This document shows, piece by piece, positions 52,333 to 61,275 of a DNA stretch of 64,000 bases. How positions within the stretch are numbered: the stretch's first letter is position 1; every line of letters begins with the position of its first letter. Below the pieces are notes generated by a model. The model saw only the letters and a list, made by a program, of their open reading frames with translations. It searched no databases and had not been told where the DNA came from. This DNA comes from Anaerolineales bacterium (GTDB lineage: Bacteria; Chloroflexota; Anaerolineae; Anaerolineales; Villigracilaceae): the NCBI GenBank assembly GCA_034411635.1, contig DAOUML010000134.1, positions 14,649-78,648 of the forward strand, written 5' to 3'. The position numbers and the translations under genes were made by a program.

Positions 52333-53853
52333 ATGGACTTCATTAGCACTCACCTGTTGACAACCATCCTGTTTTTCCCCGTCCTGGCGGCGCTGGTCAT
52401 TTTGTTCATCCCCAATGACCAGATCAAAGCCATTCGCTGGACGGCTTTCCTCGCCAGTCTGGTTCCGCTCGGTCTGTCCATCTGGCTGTGGACGATTTTC
52501 AACCCGAACATGGCCGGCTTCCAGTTTGAAGAGCAATATGCCTGGTATGAGGTCGTCAACTCGACCTTCCACCTCGGCGTGGACGGTCTTTCGCTTTCGA
52601 TGGTTTTGTTGACTACCATTCTGACCCCGCTGGCCCTCTTGGCCTCCTTCAGCATCAGCGACAAAGTCAAGGCCTACATGATTTTGTTCCTGCTGCTCGA
52701 AACCGGTATGCTGGGCGTCTTCATGGCCCTCGACCTGTTGATTTTCTTCGTTTTCTGGGAAATCGGCCTGGTTCCGATGTATTTTCTCATCAACCAGTGG
52801 GGTTCGGCCAATCGTAACTACGCCTCGCTCAAGTTCTTCATCTACACGATGGCCGGTTCGCTTGGCTTGTTCCTTGCCATTCAGATGCTTGGCGTCATGT
52901 TCCAAACCTACGACATCGTCACCCTGGCCGAACGCTGGAGCAGCCTCGAAAACGGGACCATGCTCGGCCTGCCGGTCAGCACGGTCAAGACGGTGGCCTT
53001 CTGGGCTTTTGTGGTCGCTTTTGCCATCAAAGTCCCGGTCTGGCCTTTCCACACCTGGCTGCCCGATGCCCACACCGAAGCCCCTACTGCTGGTTCAATG
53101 ATTTTGGCGGGTGTTTTACTGAAACTGGGCGCGTATGGTTTCCTGCGGCTGGTGCTGCCCTTCTACCCGGCTGAATCGGCTCAATTTGCCGGGGTGCTGG
53201 CTTTCCTGGCGGTCATGGCGATTATCTTTGGCGCGTTCGGCTCCTATGGTCAGACCGACTTCAAACGCCTGGTGGCCTACTCGTCGATCAATCACATGGG
53301 TTTTGTGCTGCTCGGCATTGCCGCCGCTGCCAAAGCAGCAGGTACGCTGGATGGCACCATTGCCCTGAGTGGCGCGGTGTTGCAAATGTTCAACCACGGT
53401 CTTTCGGCGGCAGGGATGTTCTTTCTGGTGGGCGTCATTTATGAGCGCACCCACACCCGCGATCTGACGAAGTTGGGCGGCTTGTTTCCGCTTGTGCCGA
53501 TGTATGGAACCATTCTGATTTTTACCAGCATGGCTTCGCTCGGTTTGCCAGGGCTGAATGGCTTTGTCTCCGAATTTATGATTGTGCGCGGTTCGTGGGC
53601 CATTCTGCCGGGCTATACCGCCCTGGCGATGCTCGGCCTGTTGATGACCGGCGCATACATCCTGCGCGGAATCAAACAGGTGTTGCATGGCCCGCTCAAC
53701 CAGCATTGGGCGCACGGCGAACACCGCCTGACCGAAATCAATTTCCGCGAAATTCTCGTCATGGCCCCGCTGATGATTCTCATCCTGATCATCGGCGTCT
53801 GGCCGATGTGGATTTTGGACGTCATCAATAAAGCGATGACGATGCTGTTCTAG
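52333..53853 (+). CDS. nuoM: NADH-quinone oxidoreductase subunit M (copy 1)
   Basis: 506 aa with FFVFWEIGLVPMYFLI and HTWLPDAHTEAPTAGSMILAGVLLKLG. Confidence 0.9.
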   Translation: MDFISTHLLTTILFFPVLAALVILFIPNDQIKAIRWTAFLASLVPLGLSIWLWTIFNPNMAGFQFEEQYAWYEVVNSTFHLGVDGLSLSMVLLTTILTPLALLASFSISDKVKAYMILFLLLETGMLGVFMALDLLIFFVFWEIGLVPMYFLINQWGSANRNYASLKFFIYTMAGSLGLFLAIQMLGVMFQTYDIVTLAERWSSLENGTMLGLPVSTVKTVAFWAFVVAFAIKVPVWPFHTWLPDAHTEAPTAGSMILAGVLLKLGAYGFLRLVLPFYPAESAQFAGVLAFLAVMAIIFGAFGSYGQTDFKRLVAYSSINHMGFVLLGIAAAAKAAGTLDGTIALSGAVLQMFNHGLSAAGMFFLVGVIYERTHTRDLTKLGGLFPLVPMYGTILIFTSMASLGLPGLNGFVSEFMIVRGSWAILPGYTALAMLGLLMTGAYILRGIKQVLHGPLNQHWAHGEHRLTEINFREILVMAPLMILILIIGVWPMWILDVINKAMTMLF

Positions 53854-53865
53854 TCGAGGTGCGCG

Positions 53866-55380
53866 ATGCAATTTCCAATTCTTAGTGTCATCATTTTCAC
53901 CCCGCTGGTCGCCGCGCTGGTCATCTTCCTGATGAAAGGCGAGCGCAAGACAGAAATCCGCGTGACGGCCCTGGCCGCCTCGGTCTTTGCGCTCATCCTG
54001 TCTGTTTGGGCCTATTTCTCGTATGACCAGAGTCTGGCGGGCTATCAGTTCATCGAAAAGTATGATTGGCTTCCCGTTTTGGGCATTTCCTACCACGTCG
54101 GCATCGACGGGATGAGCGCCCCGCTCGTCCTGCTCACCGGTTTGGTTATGTTCACCGGCGTCTTGATTTCGTGGGGCATCGACGACCGCCCGCGCGAATT
54201 CTTCGCTTTCCTGTTCCTGTTGGCGGGCGGCGTGTTCGGCGTCTTCGTGGCCCTCGATCTGTTCATGCTCTTCTTCTTCTACGAAATTGCCGTCTTCCCG
54301 ATGTACCTGCTGATTGCCATCTGGGGCTGGAAGCAGACTCGCGAATACGCGGCCATGAAACTGACCATCTACCTGTTCCTCGGCTCGGTTTTTGCCCTGG
54401 TCGGCGGGTTGGCGATGTACTGGCAGGTTGGCATGAACACCGGCGTCTACACTTTCGACATGCTTCAGATGGAGCAGGCTGGCGCGATGGCGGGCATGGT
54501 TGAAATCTTCGGCCTGTCGATTCCCTTCCAGGTTTTCTGGTTCTTGCCGGTCTTTCTCGGATTCGCCATTTTGGGCGGTATCTTCCCCTTCCATAACTGG
54601 TCCCCCGATGGTCACGTCGCCGCTCCCACGGCAGTCTCGATGTTCCACGCTGGCGTGCTGATGAAACTGGGCGCGTTCGCGGCCCTGCGCGTCGGCATTA
54701 TGCTCCTGCCCGAAGGCGCAATTTTCTGGAAGTATCTCATCCTCGGCCTGGCGCTGGTCAACGTGGTCTATGGCGCATTTATCGCCATGATTCAGACCGA
54801 CTTCAAATACATCATCGGTTTCTCCTCGGTTTCGCACATGGGGCTGGTGGTGCTTGGTTTTGCCACGCTGAACCGCGAAGGCATGGTCGGCGCGGGATTG
54901 CAGATGTTCTCGCACGGTGTCATGACGGCGCTCTTCTTTGCCGCTGTCGGCATGGTCTATGACCGCGCCCACACCCGCCAGTTGCCCGAATTGGGAGGCA
55001 TGGCCAAAGCCCTGCCCTGGGTGGCGATTTCCTTCATTGTTGGCGGTCTGGTTTCGATGGGCATGCCGGGCTTATCCGGTTTCGTGGCTGAGTTCCCCAT
55101 CTTCATGGGTGTCTGGAAAGAACAATGGTTGGTTGCGGTTATCGCCTCAATCTCGATTGTGATTACCGCGGGCTACGTCTTGCTAGCCATTCGGCGCGTC
55201 TTCTTTGGCGATATGCCGGCCCAATTTGAAGGTCACATTGGCCCGATTTCCGTTCTTGATAAAGTTGCCCTGGCTACGCTGGTAATCGTCATGTTTGCCC
55301 TGGGCATGTTCCCCGGCCTGATGGCGCCGCTGGTCGACCTGGGCGTCGATAACGTGCTGCGGCTTTTGGGAGGTGCATAA
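53866..55380 (+). CDS. nuoM: NADH-quinone oxidoreductase subunit M-like (copy 2)
   Basis: 504 aa with FFFYEIAVFPMYLLI and HNWSPDGHVAAPTAVSMFHAGVLMKLG. It is a diverged paralog of copy 1. Confidence 0.85.
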   Translation: MQFPILSVIIFTPLVAALVIFLMKGERKTEIRVTALAASVFALILSVWAYFSYDQSLAGYQFIEKYDWLPVLGISYHVGIDGMSAPLVLLTGLVMFTGVLISWGIDDRPREFFAFLFLLAGGVFGVFVALDLFMLFFFYEIAVFPMYLLIAIWGWKQTREYAAMKLTIYLFLGSVFALVGGLAMYWQVGMNTGVYTFDMLQMEQAGAMAGMVEIFGLSIPFQVFWFLPVFLGFAILGGIFPFHNWSPDGHVAAPTAVSMFHAGVLMKLGAFAALRVGIMLLPEGAIFWKYLILGLALVNVVYGAFIAMIQTDFKYIIGFSSVSHMGLVVLGFATLNREGMVGAGLQMFSHGVMTALFFAAVGMVYDRAHTRQLPELGGMAKALPWVAISFIVGGLVSMGMPGLSGFVAEFPIFMGVWKEQWLVAVIASISIVITAGYVLLAIRRVFFGDMPAQFEGHIGPISVLDKVALATLVIVMFALGMFPGLMAPLVDLGVDNVLRLLGGA

Positions 55381-56832
55381 ATGAGCGTTGATATCCTGGC
55401 AATCTTGCCTGAAATCCTGATGCTGGCGTTGGGCATTCTTATTCTGGTGCTCGACCCGCTCTGGAAAGACGAAAAACGCCGCCTGAACCTGGGTTGGATC
55501 ACTGCTGGCGGCTTGTTCGCTGTCATGGCTGTCAGCCTGCTGCTCGGGCGTCCTGGCGCGGATGGTGAACTGGTTTGGGGCGGCATGTTGCGCTTCGACA
55601 TGCTGGCCTATGCCTTCAAACTGTTCTTCATTTTCGCCGCCGCCATCACTGCCCTCTTCATGATGGATGTGGAAGGCACCTCGCGCCGCGCCGAAGCCTT
55701 TGTCCTCTTGCTGGTTTCGACGATTGGCATGAGCCTGATGGCCGCCTCCGCCGACATCGTCATGCTTTACCTGGCGATTGAAACCACCTCCATTCCGCTC
55801 TACGTTTTGGCCGGTTTCCTGCTCGACGACAAAAAATCCATCGAAGCCGGGTTCAAATACCTGCTTTTCGGCGCGATGACCTCCGCCGTCCTGCTCTATG
55901 GCCTGACCCTGTTACTCGGACAGGCTGGCGCGACCAGTTTCGAGGCCCTGGCGACCACATTCGCCGCTCCCACCCCCTTCACCATCGGTATCCTGATTTT
56001 GCTGGTGGTCGGACTCGGCTTCAAACTCTCGCTAGCCCCCTTCCACTTCTGGGCCCCCGATACTTATGAAGGCTCGCCCAGCCCGGTGGCAGGTTTTCTT
56101 TCCACGGCTTCCAAGGCCGCTGGTTTTGCCGTTCTCGCTCGCCTGTTTATGACCTCCTTTGGCGCGACGGCTGAACAATGGCAAATCCTACTCGCCATTC
56201 TGGCGGCAGCGACCATGATTCTCGGCAACCTGGTTGCCCTCGCGCAGAAAAATCTTAAGCGTCTGCTGGCCTATTCCTCGATTGCCCATGCTGGATACGC
56301 CCTGTTGGGTGTTATTGCCGCCACCTCGCTGGGGATTACCTCGGCTGTTTTCTACATGCTGGCCTACGTGCTGACAAACCTGGCCGCCTTTGGCGTCATC
56401 TCCATTGTCGGGCGCGTCACCGGCTCCGACGACATCCGCGCTTACGATGGCATGAGCCGCCGCTCGCCCTACCTGGCCCTGGCGATGCTGGTCGCGTTCC
56501 TCTCGCTTTCGGGTATGCCGCCCTTTGGCGGGTTCATCGCCAAGGTGCTGGTCTTCTTTGCCGCCGTCGAAGCCGGGTGGACCTGGCTGGTTGTCATCGG
56601 CATTATCACGTCCGTTGTCAGTGTGTATTATTACCTGACCGTGATGAAATACGTCTACCTGTATCGTATGGAAGGCGAAGACGAAGAAGCCAACCCCATC
56701 CTGGTTACTCGTCCGCACATGATCGCTCTCAGCCTGTTGACCATCGGCATTGTTTTGGTTGGCACGATTTTCGCCCCCTGGTACGCCCTGTCTGCTGACG
56801 CAGCGACCAGCCTGCTGAGTTTCATGCCTTAA
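55381..56832 (+). CDS. nuoN: NADH-quinone oxidoreductase subunit N
   Basis: 483 aa with MLYLAIETTSIPLYVLAGF and FHFWAPDTYEGSPSPVAGFL. Confidence 0.9.
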   Translation: MSVDILAILPEILMLALGILILVLDPLWKDEKRRLNLGWITAGGLFAVMAVSLLLGRPGADGELVWGGMLRFDMLAYAFKLFFIFAAAITALFMMDVEGTSRRAEAFVLLLVSTIGMSLMAASADIVMLYLAIETTSIPLYVLAGFLLDDKKSIEAGFKYLLFGAMTSAVLLYGLTLLLGQAGATSFEALATTFAAPTPFTIGILILLVVGLGFKLSLAPFHFWAPDTYEGSPSPVAGFLSTASKAAGFAVLARLFMTSFGATAEQWQILLAILAAATMILGNLVALAQKNLKRLLAYSSIAHAGYALLGVIAATSLGITSAVFYMLAYVLTNLAAFGVISIVGRVTGSDDIRAYDGMSRRSPYLALAMLVAFLSLSGMPPFGGFIAKVLVFFAAVEAGWTWLVVIGIITSVVSVYYYLTVMKYVYLYRMEGEDEEANPILVTRPHMIALSLLTIGIVLVGTIFAPWYALSADAATSLLSFMP

Positions 56833-56839
56833 TAAAAAT

Positions 56840-56891
56840 ACCCAAAACTGCATATCAGGACGGCTTATGCCGTCCTGATATGCAGTTTTGG
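56840..56891. terminator. Perfect 24-bp stem hairpin after nuoN
   Basis: cccaaaactgcatatcaggacggc pairs with gccgtcctgatatgcagttttggg around the loop ttat. The T-run is better placed for the minus strand, so termination on the plus strand is not certain. Confidence 0.5.
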
Positions 56892-56964
56892 GCTTACCTC
56901 CCACCCTGAAGGGTGATAAAATAATCGCCCTTTTTCGCTCAATTTTGTCACTTCCATACTGGAC

Positions 56965-56989
56965 TTGACAAAAGTCCCTGTGATATAAT
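56965..56989 (+). promoter_or_regulatory. Candidate promoter for the F0 operon (TTGACA plus extended -10 TGaTATAAT)
   Basis: TTGACA is at 56965-56970 and TGATATAAT at 56981-56989. The 13-nt spacer is short, so the extended -10 probably dominates. Only 9 nt separate the -10 hexamer from the ATG at 56999. Confidence 0.4.
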
Positions 56990-56998
56990 CCCAACCGC

Positions 56999-57289
56999 AT
57001 GAGCCAGCCGACCAATCAGAAAAATACGACCTTTAATATGGCCCTGGCAACTGTTGTTGGTCAGGTTGGATGTCTGACACCAGTTATTCTTATTGGTGCG
57101 TTGTTTGCGGGGTTGTGGTTGGACTCATTTTTTGAAACCAGACCATTGTTTACAATTATTTTTATTGTTGTAAGTGCCCCAATTGCGGTTATCGCGCTGG
57201 TTTTCATCGTGCGTAAAGCAACCAATCAATTAAAGCCTGTTACCGAAAATAAAGCCAAATCTGTTGAGGAGGAAGTGAATCGTGAGTGA
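56999..57289 (+). CDS. AtpZ/AtpI-like small membrane protein of the F0 operon
   Basis: 96 aa with two TM spans (VGCLTPVILIGALFAGLWL and FTIIFIVVSAPIAVIALVFIV). It sits immediately upstream of atpB. The start may instead be the internal Met at 57038. Confidence 0.5.
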   Translation: MSQPTNQKNTTFNMALATVVGQVGCLTPVILIGALFAGLWLDSFFETRPLFTIIFIVVSAPIAVIALVFIVRKATNQLKPVTENKAKSVEEEVNRE

Positions 57290-58310
57290 AAAACCCAAGA
57301 AACGAGTGTGGGCGCGCTGGGTCGTGCTTGCGGCGATAATTTTGGGCCTGTTTCTATTTACCGGTTTCTTTGGAATCGGTTTGGGAATTCAACCCATCAT
57401 GCCGCATGTTTATCTGCCTGGTGAAAAACTGAGCGAAACGCCATTTTTGGGCATTGCCGGTTTTTACCCGACCAATACCCTGGTTGGAATGCTTGTCGCG
57501 GACTTGATTGTGATTTTGCTGGCTGTTGGCGTCTCTGGCGGCGTTCGCAGCGGTAAAATGATACTGACAGGCATTAGCGGCGCGGTTGAGGCCTTGCTTG
57601 AAATGCTCTACAACATTACCGAAGGCACGGCTGGCAAGTGGGCCAAACAAATCTTCCCCTGGTTTGCCACAATTACATTGCTTGTGCTGGCGGCCAACTG
57701 GTCGGGGCTTGTGCCTGGGAATGAAACGATTGGCCTGGTACATGAATATTACGCCGATAAAGGTCATCCAATTATCGAGTTGGCTGGCGAGGGCTTTGTG
57801 ACCATCTGGCAGGGTGGCGCTGGCATTCCGGAATTTGACCGCGCTTCTAATACCGAAACCGTCTACGCGATTGTGCCTTTCCTGCGCCCGGTTTCTACCG
57901 ATCTGAACTTTACCTTTGCCCTGGCTGTTGTGGCGGTGGTGATGATTCAGGTTTTTGGCTTCAGATCGCAAGGCATGGCTTACCTGACCAAATTCTGGAA
58001 CACAAAAACGCTCTTCAGCAAGCCAATTTTTGGCGTGATTGATTTTGGCGTCGGTATTCTCGAACTGATTTCCGAATTCTCAAAAATACTCTCCTTTGCT
58101 TTTCGTCTTTTTGGAAATATGTTCGCCGGCGCGGTTTTGCTCTTTGTTATTGGCTCGCTGGTTCCTGTTTTTGCCCAGGCAATGTTCTACCTGCTTGAAT
58201 TTTTCGTCGGTCTCATTCAGGCGATTGTCTTTGGTATGTTGACGATGGTCTTCATGGCCCAGGCCACCCAGGGACACGGCGAACACCACGAAGAAGAAGC
58301 GCACGCGTAA
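57282..58310 (+). CDS. atpB: F0F1 ATP synthase subunit a
   Basis: The GTG start follows GAGGAGGA. It has LSFAFRLFGNMFAG, which contains the essential Arg. Confidence 0.85.
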   Translation: MSEKPKKRVWARWVVLAAIILGLFLFTGFFGIGLGIQPIMPHVYLPGEKLSETPFLGIAGFYPTNTLVGMLVADLIVILLAVGVSGGVRSGKMILTGISGAVEALLEMLYNITEGTAGKWAKQIFPWFATITLLVLAANWSGLVPGNETIGLVHEYYADKGHPIIELAGEGFVTIWQGGAGIPEFDRASNTETVYAIVPFLRPVSTDLNFTFALAVVAVVMIQVFGFRSQGMAYLTKFWNTKTLFSKPIFGVIDFGVGILELISEFSKILSFAFRLFGNMFAGAVLLFVIGSLVPVFAQAMFYLLEFFVGLIQAIVFGMLTMVFMAQATQGHGEHHEEEAHA

Positions 58311-58411
58311 GTTTCGGGCGATTTTCGCCCGTGTAAACCATTTCACAGTGGCGCGGTTTGCAAGCGCAAACTGTACCGCCCGAAAACGATAAATACGGAG
58401 GATTATCTACT

Positions 58412-58639
58412 ATGGAAGTTGCAGCCGCAAAATTGATTGGCGCAGGCCTGGCGATGATTGGCGCGATTGGCGCTGGCGCCGGGGTTGGTATTGTTGTTGG
58501 TGGTGCTGTTCAGGCGATGGGACGTAACCCCGATGCCACCGGCACCATTCAGACCAACATGATTTTAGGGATTGCTTTCGCTGAGGCCATTGCGATTTAC
58601 TGTCTGGTCGTTGCGCTCCTGATTTTGTTCGTTTTCTAA
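58412..58639 (+). CDS. atpE: F0F1 ATP synthase subunit c
   Basis: The start is at MEVAAAKLIGAG, following GGAGGA. It has GRNPD and ILGIAFAEAIAIY, which contains the carboxylate. Confidence 0.9.
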   Translation: MEVAAAKLIGAGLAMIGAIGAGAGVGIVVGGAVQAMGRNPDATGTIQTNMILGIAFAEAIAIYCLVVALLILFVF

Positions 58640-58655
58640 AAGACAGGAGGATACT

Positions 58656-59390
58656 TTGGAAGCCCTAGGTATTAACCTACCCTTTTTTCTGGTTCAAGTG
58701 GTCAACCTGATTATCATGTACGTTGTGGTAACCAAGTGGATTGTTGGCCCTATTTCCGGGTTGCTCGAAAAACGCCGCGCAACCATTAACCAGGGCCTCG
58801 AAGATGCCCGCGAGGCTGCCGAAGCCCGCGCCAATGCCGAAAAACAAGCCGAGAAAATTTTGGCCGAAGCCCAGGCGAAAGCCGCACAGGTCGTGCGCGA
58901 TGCTACTGAGCGCGCCGAAGCCGCCGGGCGCGATGTCAAAGCCGCCGCCGAAGCCGATGCCTCCAAAGCCCGCGAAAAAGCCATCTCTGAAGTTCAGGAA
59001 GAACGCAACCGCATCTTGAGCGATTTGCGTGGGCAGGTCGCCGCTCTCTCGATTGCCGCCACCCAAAAACTGGTCGGCGAAGCCCTCGATGAAAAACGTC
59101 AGCATGTCCTGATTGAAGAATTCTTCTCTGGCGTCAAGTCTGGCAAGGTGCTCGTCATGGAGGGCCAATCCATTTCCGGTCAGTCTGCCGACGTGACCAG
59201 CGCTCTGCCGCTGACCAACGCCGAACAGGAAGCCGTCAAAAAGGACGTGCTTGCCAAATCTGGCGCTGAGTCCGTCGCTTTCCATGTTGACCCGTCCATC
59301 CTGGGCGGTCTCGTCATCCGCCTTGGTGATAAAGTGTTGGATGGCTCGGTTGCAGGAAAACTCGAAGGCCTGCGCGCCAGCCTGCGCTAA
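58656..59390 (+). CDS. atpF: ATP synthase subunit b fused to the C-terminal domain of subunit delta (OSCP)
   Basis: The TTG start follows AGGAGG. The N-terminal TM and the Ala/Glu/Lys-rich stalk are typical of subunit b. The last roughly 70 residues, VTSALPLTNAEQEAVKKDVLAKSG..VDPSILGGLVIRLGDKVLDGSVAGKLEGLRASL, match the conserved C-terminus of delta. Confidence 0.75.
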   Translation: MEALGINLPFFLVQVVNLIIMYVVVTKWIVGPISGLLEKRRATINQGLEDAREAAEARANAEKQAEKILAEAQAKAAQVVRDATERAEAAGRDVKAAAEADASKAREKAISEVQEERNRILSDLRGQVAALSIAATQKLVGEALDEKRQHVLIEEFFSGVKSGKVLVMEGQSISGQSADVTSALPLTNAEQEAVKKDVLAKSGAESVAFHVDPSILGGLVIRLGDKVLDGSVAGKLEGLRASLR

Positions 59391-59402
59391 TTAAAGAATC
59401 CG

Positions 59403-59451
59403 AAAAAATGGCTGTTTGGGCGGCTTTATGCCGCCCAAACAGCCATTTTTT
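59403..59451 (+). terminator. Rho-independent terminator after the F0 operon
   Basis: aaaaaatggctgtttgggcggc pairs with gccgcccaaacagccatttttt around a 5-nt loop. Confidence 0.75.
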
Positions 59452-59477
59452 CGTTAGTCTATGGTAAAACATCCTCT

Positions 59478-61088
59478 ATGACCACGCAAAAACTTCTTTC
59501 AGACCTTTTCGCAGAATTTCCCTTCCCTCATAGCGGCGACTTCGGCAGCAACCCGCCCATCGCCAACATCGTGATTGACTCGCGCAAAGTTCAGCCGGGC
59601 GACCTGTTTATTGCCATGCCCGGCGGCAGCGCCGACGGGCACAAATTTATCCCGTCTGCCATCGACAAAGGCGCGGCGGCAATCGTCAGCGAGCAGGACA
59701 TTCCTGGCTTGCCTGTGCCTTACCTGCGCGTCGAAAACGCCCGCCGGGCTGTCACCTACCTGGCTTCGGCTTTCTACGATTACCCCGGCAGGAAATTGAC
59801 TGTCATTGGCATCACTGGCACCGACGGCAAGACCACAACCAGCAACTTGCTTTACAAAATCTTGATAGCCGCTGGCATACGCGCCGGCATGATTTCAACC
59901 GTCAACGCCGTTATTGGAGACGAAGAACTGGACACCGGCTTCCACGTCACCACCCCCGACGCGCCAGACGTGCAACTGTATCTCGCCAAAATGGTCGCCG
60001 CCGGGCTGACGCATGTTGTCCTTGAAACCACTTCGCATGGTCTCGCCCAATTTCGCGCCGACGCCGCGCTGTATGACATTGGCATCATCACCAATATCAC
60101 CCATGAACACCTTAACGACCACGGCTCGCTGGATGCCTATCGCGCCGCCAAAGCGCGCCTCTTCCAACTGCTGGCCGAAACTTCGCCCAAGAGCGGCAAA
60201 CTCTATCGCCTGGCCATCCTTAATCGGGACGATTGGTCGCACGAATATCTCTCAAGTATTATTCGCGTAGTCAACTCAGAATTAGCATCAACCAGCCCAT
60301 CGGCCCAAATCTCCCAACGCATCTACGGCATCGGCGGCCAGGCCGACATCCGTGCTGAAAACGTGCGCTTCCTGCCCTCCGGCCTGACCTTCGATGCGGT
60401 GGGCGAGAATTTCTCTATCCCGATTCACAGCCCGCTGGTGGGCGATTTCAATATATCGAACATTCTTGCCGCCCTGACGGCTGCCATCCTTGGCTTGGGC
60501 ATTCATCCGCAGGACGCCGCGCGCGGGGTTGCCAACCTGACCGGTATTCCGGGTCGCATGGAGCGCATCGACTACGGCCAGTCCTTCACCGCAATTGTCG
60601 ATTTCGCCCATACCCCCAACGCGCTCAAGAACGCCATCGAAACCGCCCGCCGCCTGACCGATAAACGCGTGATTGTCGCTTTTGGTTCCGCTGGCCTGCG
60701 CGACAAACTCAAACGCCGCATGATGGCCGAAATCTCCGCCGATCTGGCCGATATCACCATTCTGACCGCCGAAGATCCGCGCACCGAGCCGTTGGATGGT
60801 ATTCTCGAAGAAATGGCCGCTGGCGCGCGCGAAAAAGGCGGTCTGGAAGGCCAAACCTTCTGGCGCGTGCCTGACCGGGGCGAAGCCATCCGTTTCATGC
60901 TCAAACTGGCCCAACCTGGCGATATCGTCATGGCCTGCGGCAAGGGACACGAACAATCAATGTGTTTCGAGACCACCGAGTACCCCTGGGACGACCGTAC
61001 CGCCATGCGCGCCGCCCTGACTGAGTTTATGGGCGTTGAGGGGCCGGATATGCCGTACCTGCCGACGCAGGAAACGAATACCCGATAA
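59478..61088 (+). CDS. murE: UDP-N-acetylmuramoyl-L-alanyl-D-glutamate--2,6-diaminopimelate ligase
   Basis: 536 aa with GITGTDGKTTT. An EDPR motif sits where DAP-adding enzymes carry DNPR. Confidence 0.85.
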   Translation: MTTQKLLSDLFAEFPFPHSGDFGSNPPIANIVIDSRKVQPGDLFIAMPGGSADGHKFIPSAIDKGAAAIVSEQDIPGLPVPYLRVENARRAVTYLASAFYDYPGRKLTVIGITGTDGKTTTSNLLYKILIAAGIRAGMISTVNAVIGDEELDTGFHVTTPDAPDVQLYLAKMVAAGLTHVVLETTSHGLAQFRADAALYDIGIITNITHEHLNDHGSLDAYRAAKARLFQLLAETSPKSGKLYRLAILNRDDWSHEYLSSIIRVVNSELASTSPSAQISQRIYGIGGQADIRAENVRFLPSGLTFDAVGENFSIPIHSPLVGDFNISNILAALTAAILGLGIHPQDAARGVANLTGIPGRMERIDYGQSFTAIVDFAHTPNALKNAIETARRLTDKRVIVAFGSAGLRDKLKRRMMAEISADLADITILTAEDPRTEPLDGILEEMAAGAREKGGLEGQTFWRVPDRGEAIRFMLKLAQPGDIVMACGKGHEQSMCFETTEYPWDDRTAMRAALTEFMGVEGPDMPYLPTQETNTR

Positions 61089-61275
61089 ACAAAAAATGCT
61101 TGTGCTGAGTGTTGCGCTTGGCCCGGGGTCAATGCTCAGTGAAAACTCATCACAGTCGTTTGGTTCTCGTTTAATTGTAGTCAGTTGAAAATCTGCCTTT
61201 GTCGGTGACAACTTTTAGATGCTTGTTTCGCTTCGCCAGGCCTTTGCCCCCAGTTTGGGATCTGTGGTTTCCGCG

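Noticed and set aside
50673-54972. Very long alternative-frame and antisense ORFs over nuoL/nuoM (366 aa plus strand, 405 aa and 618 aa minus strand)
   Set aside because: They are Arg/Gly/His/Gln-rich low-complexity translations with no motifs. They fully overlap unmistakable NuoL/NuoM coding frames. They are open only because of the codon bias of the real genes.
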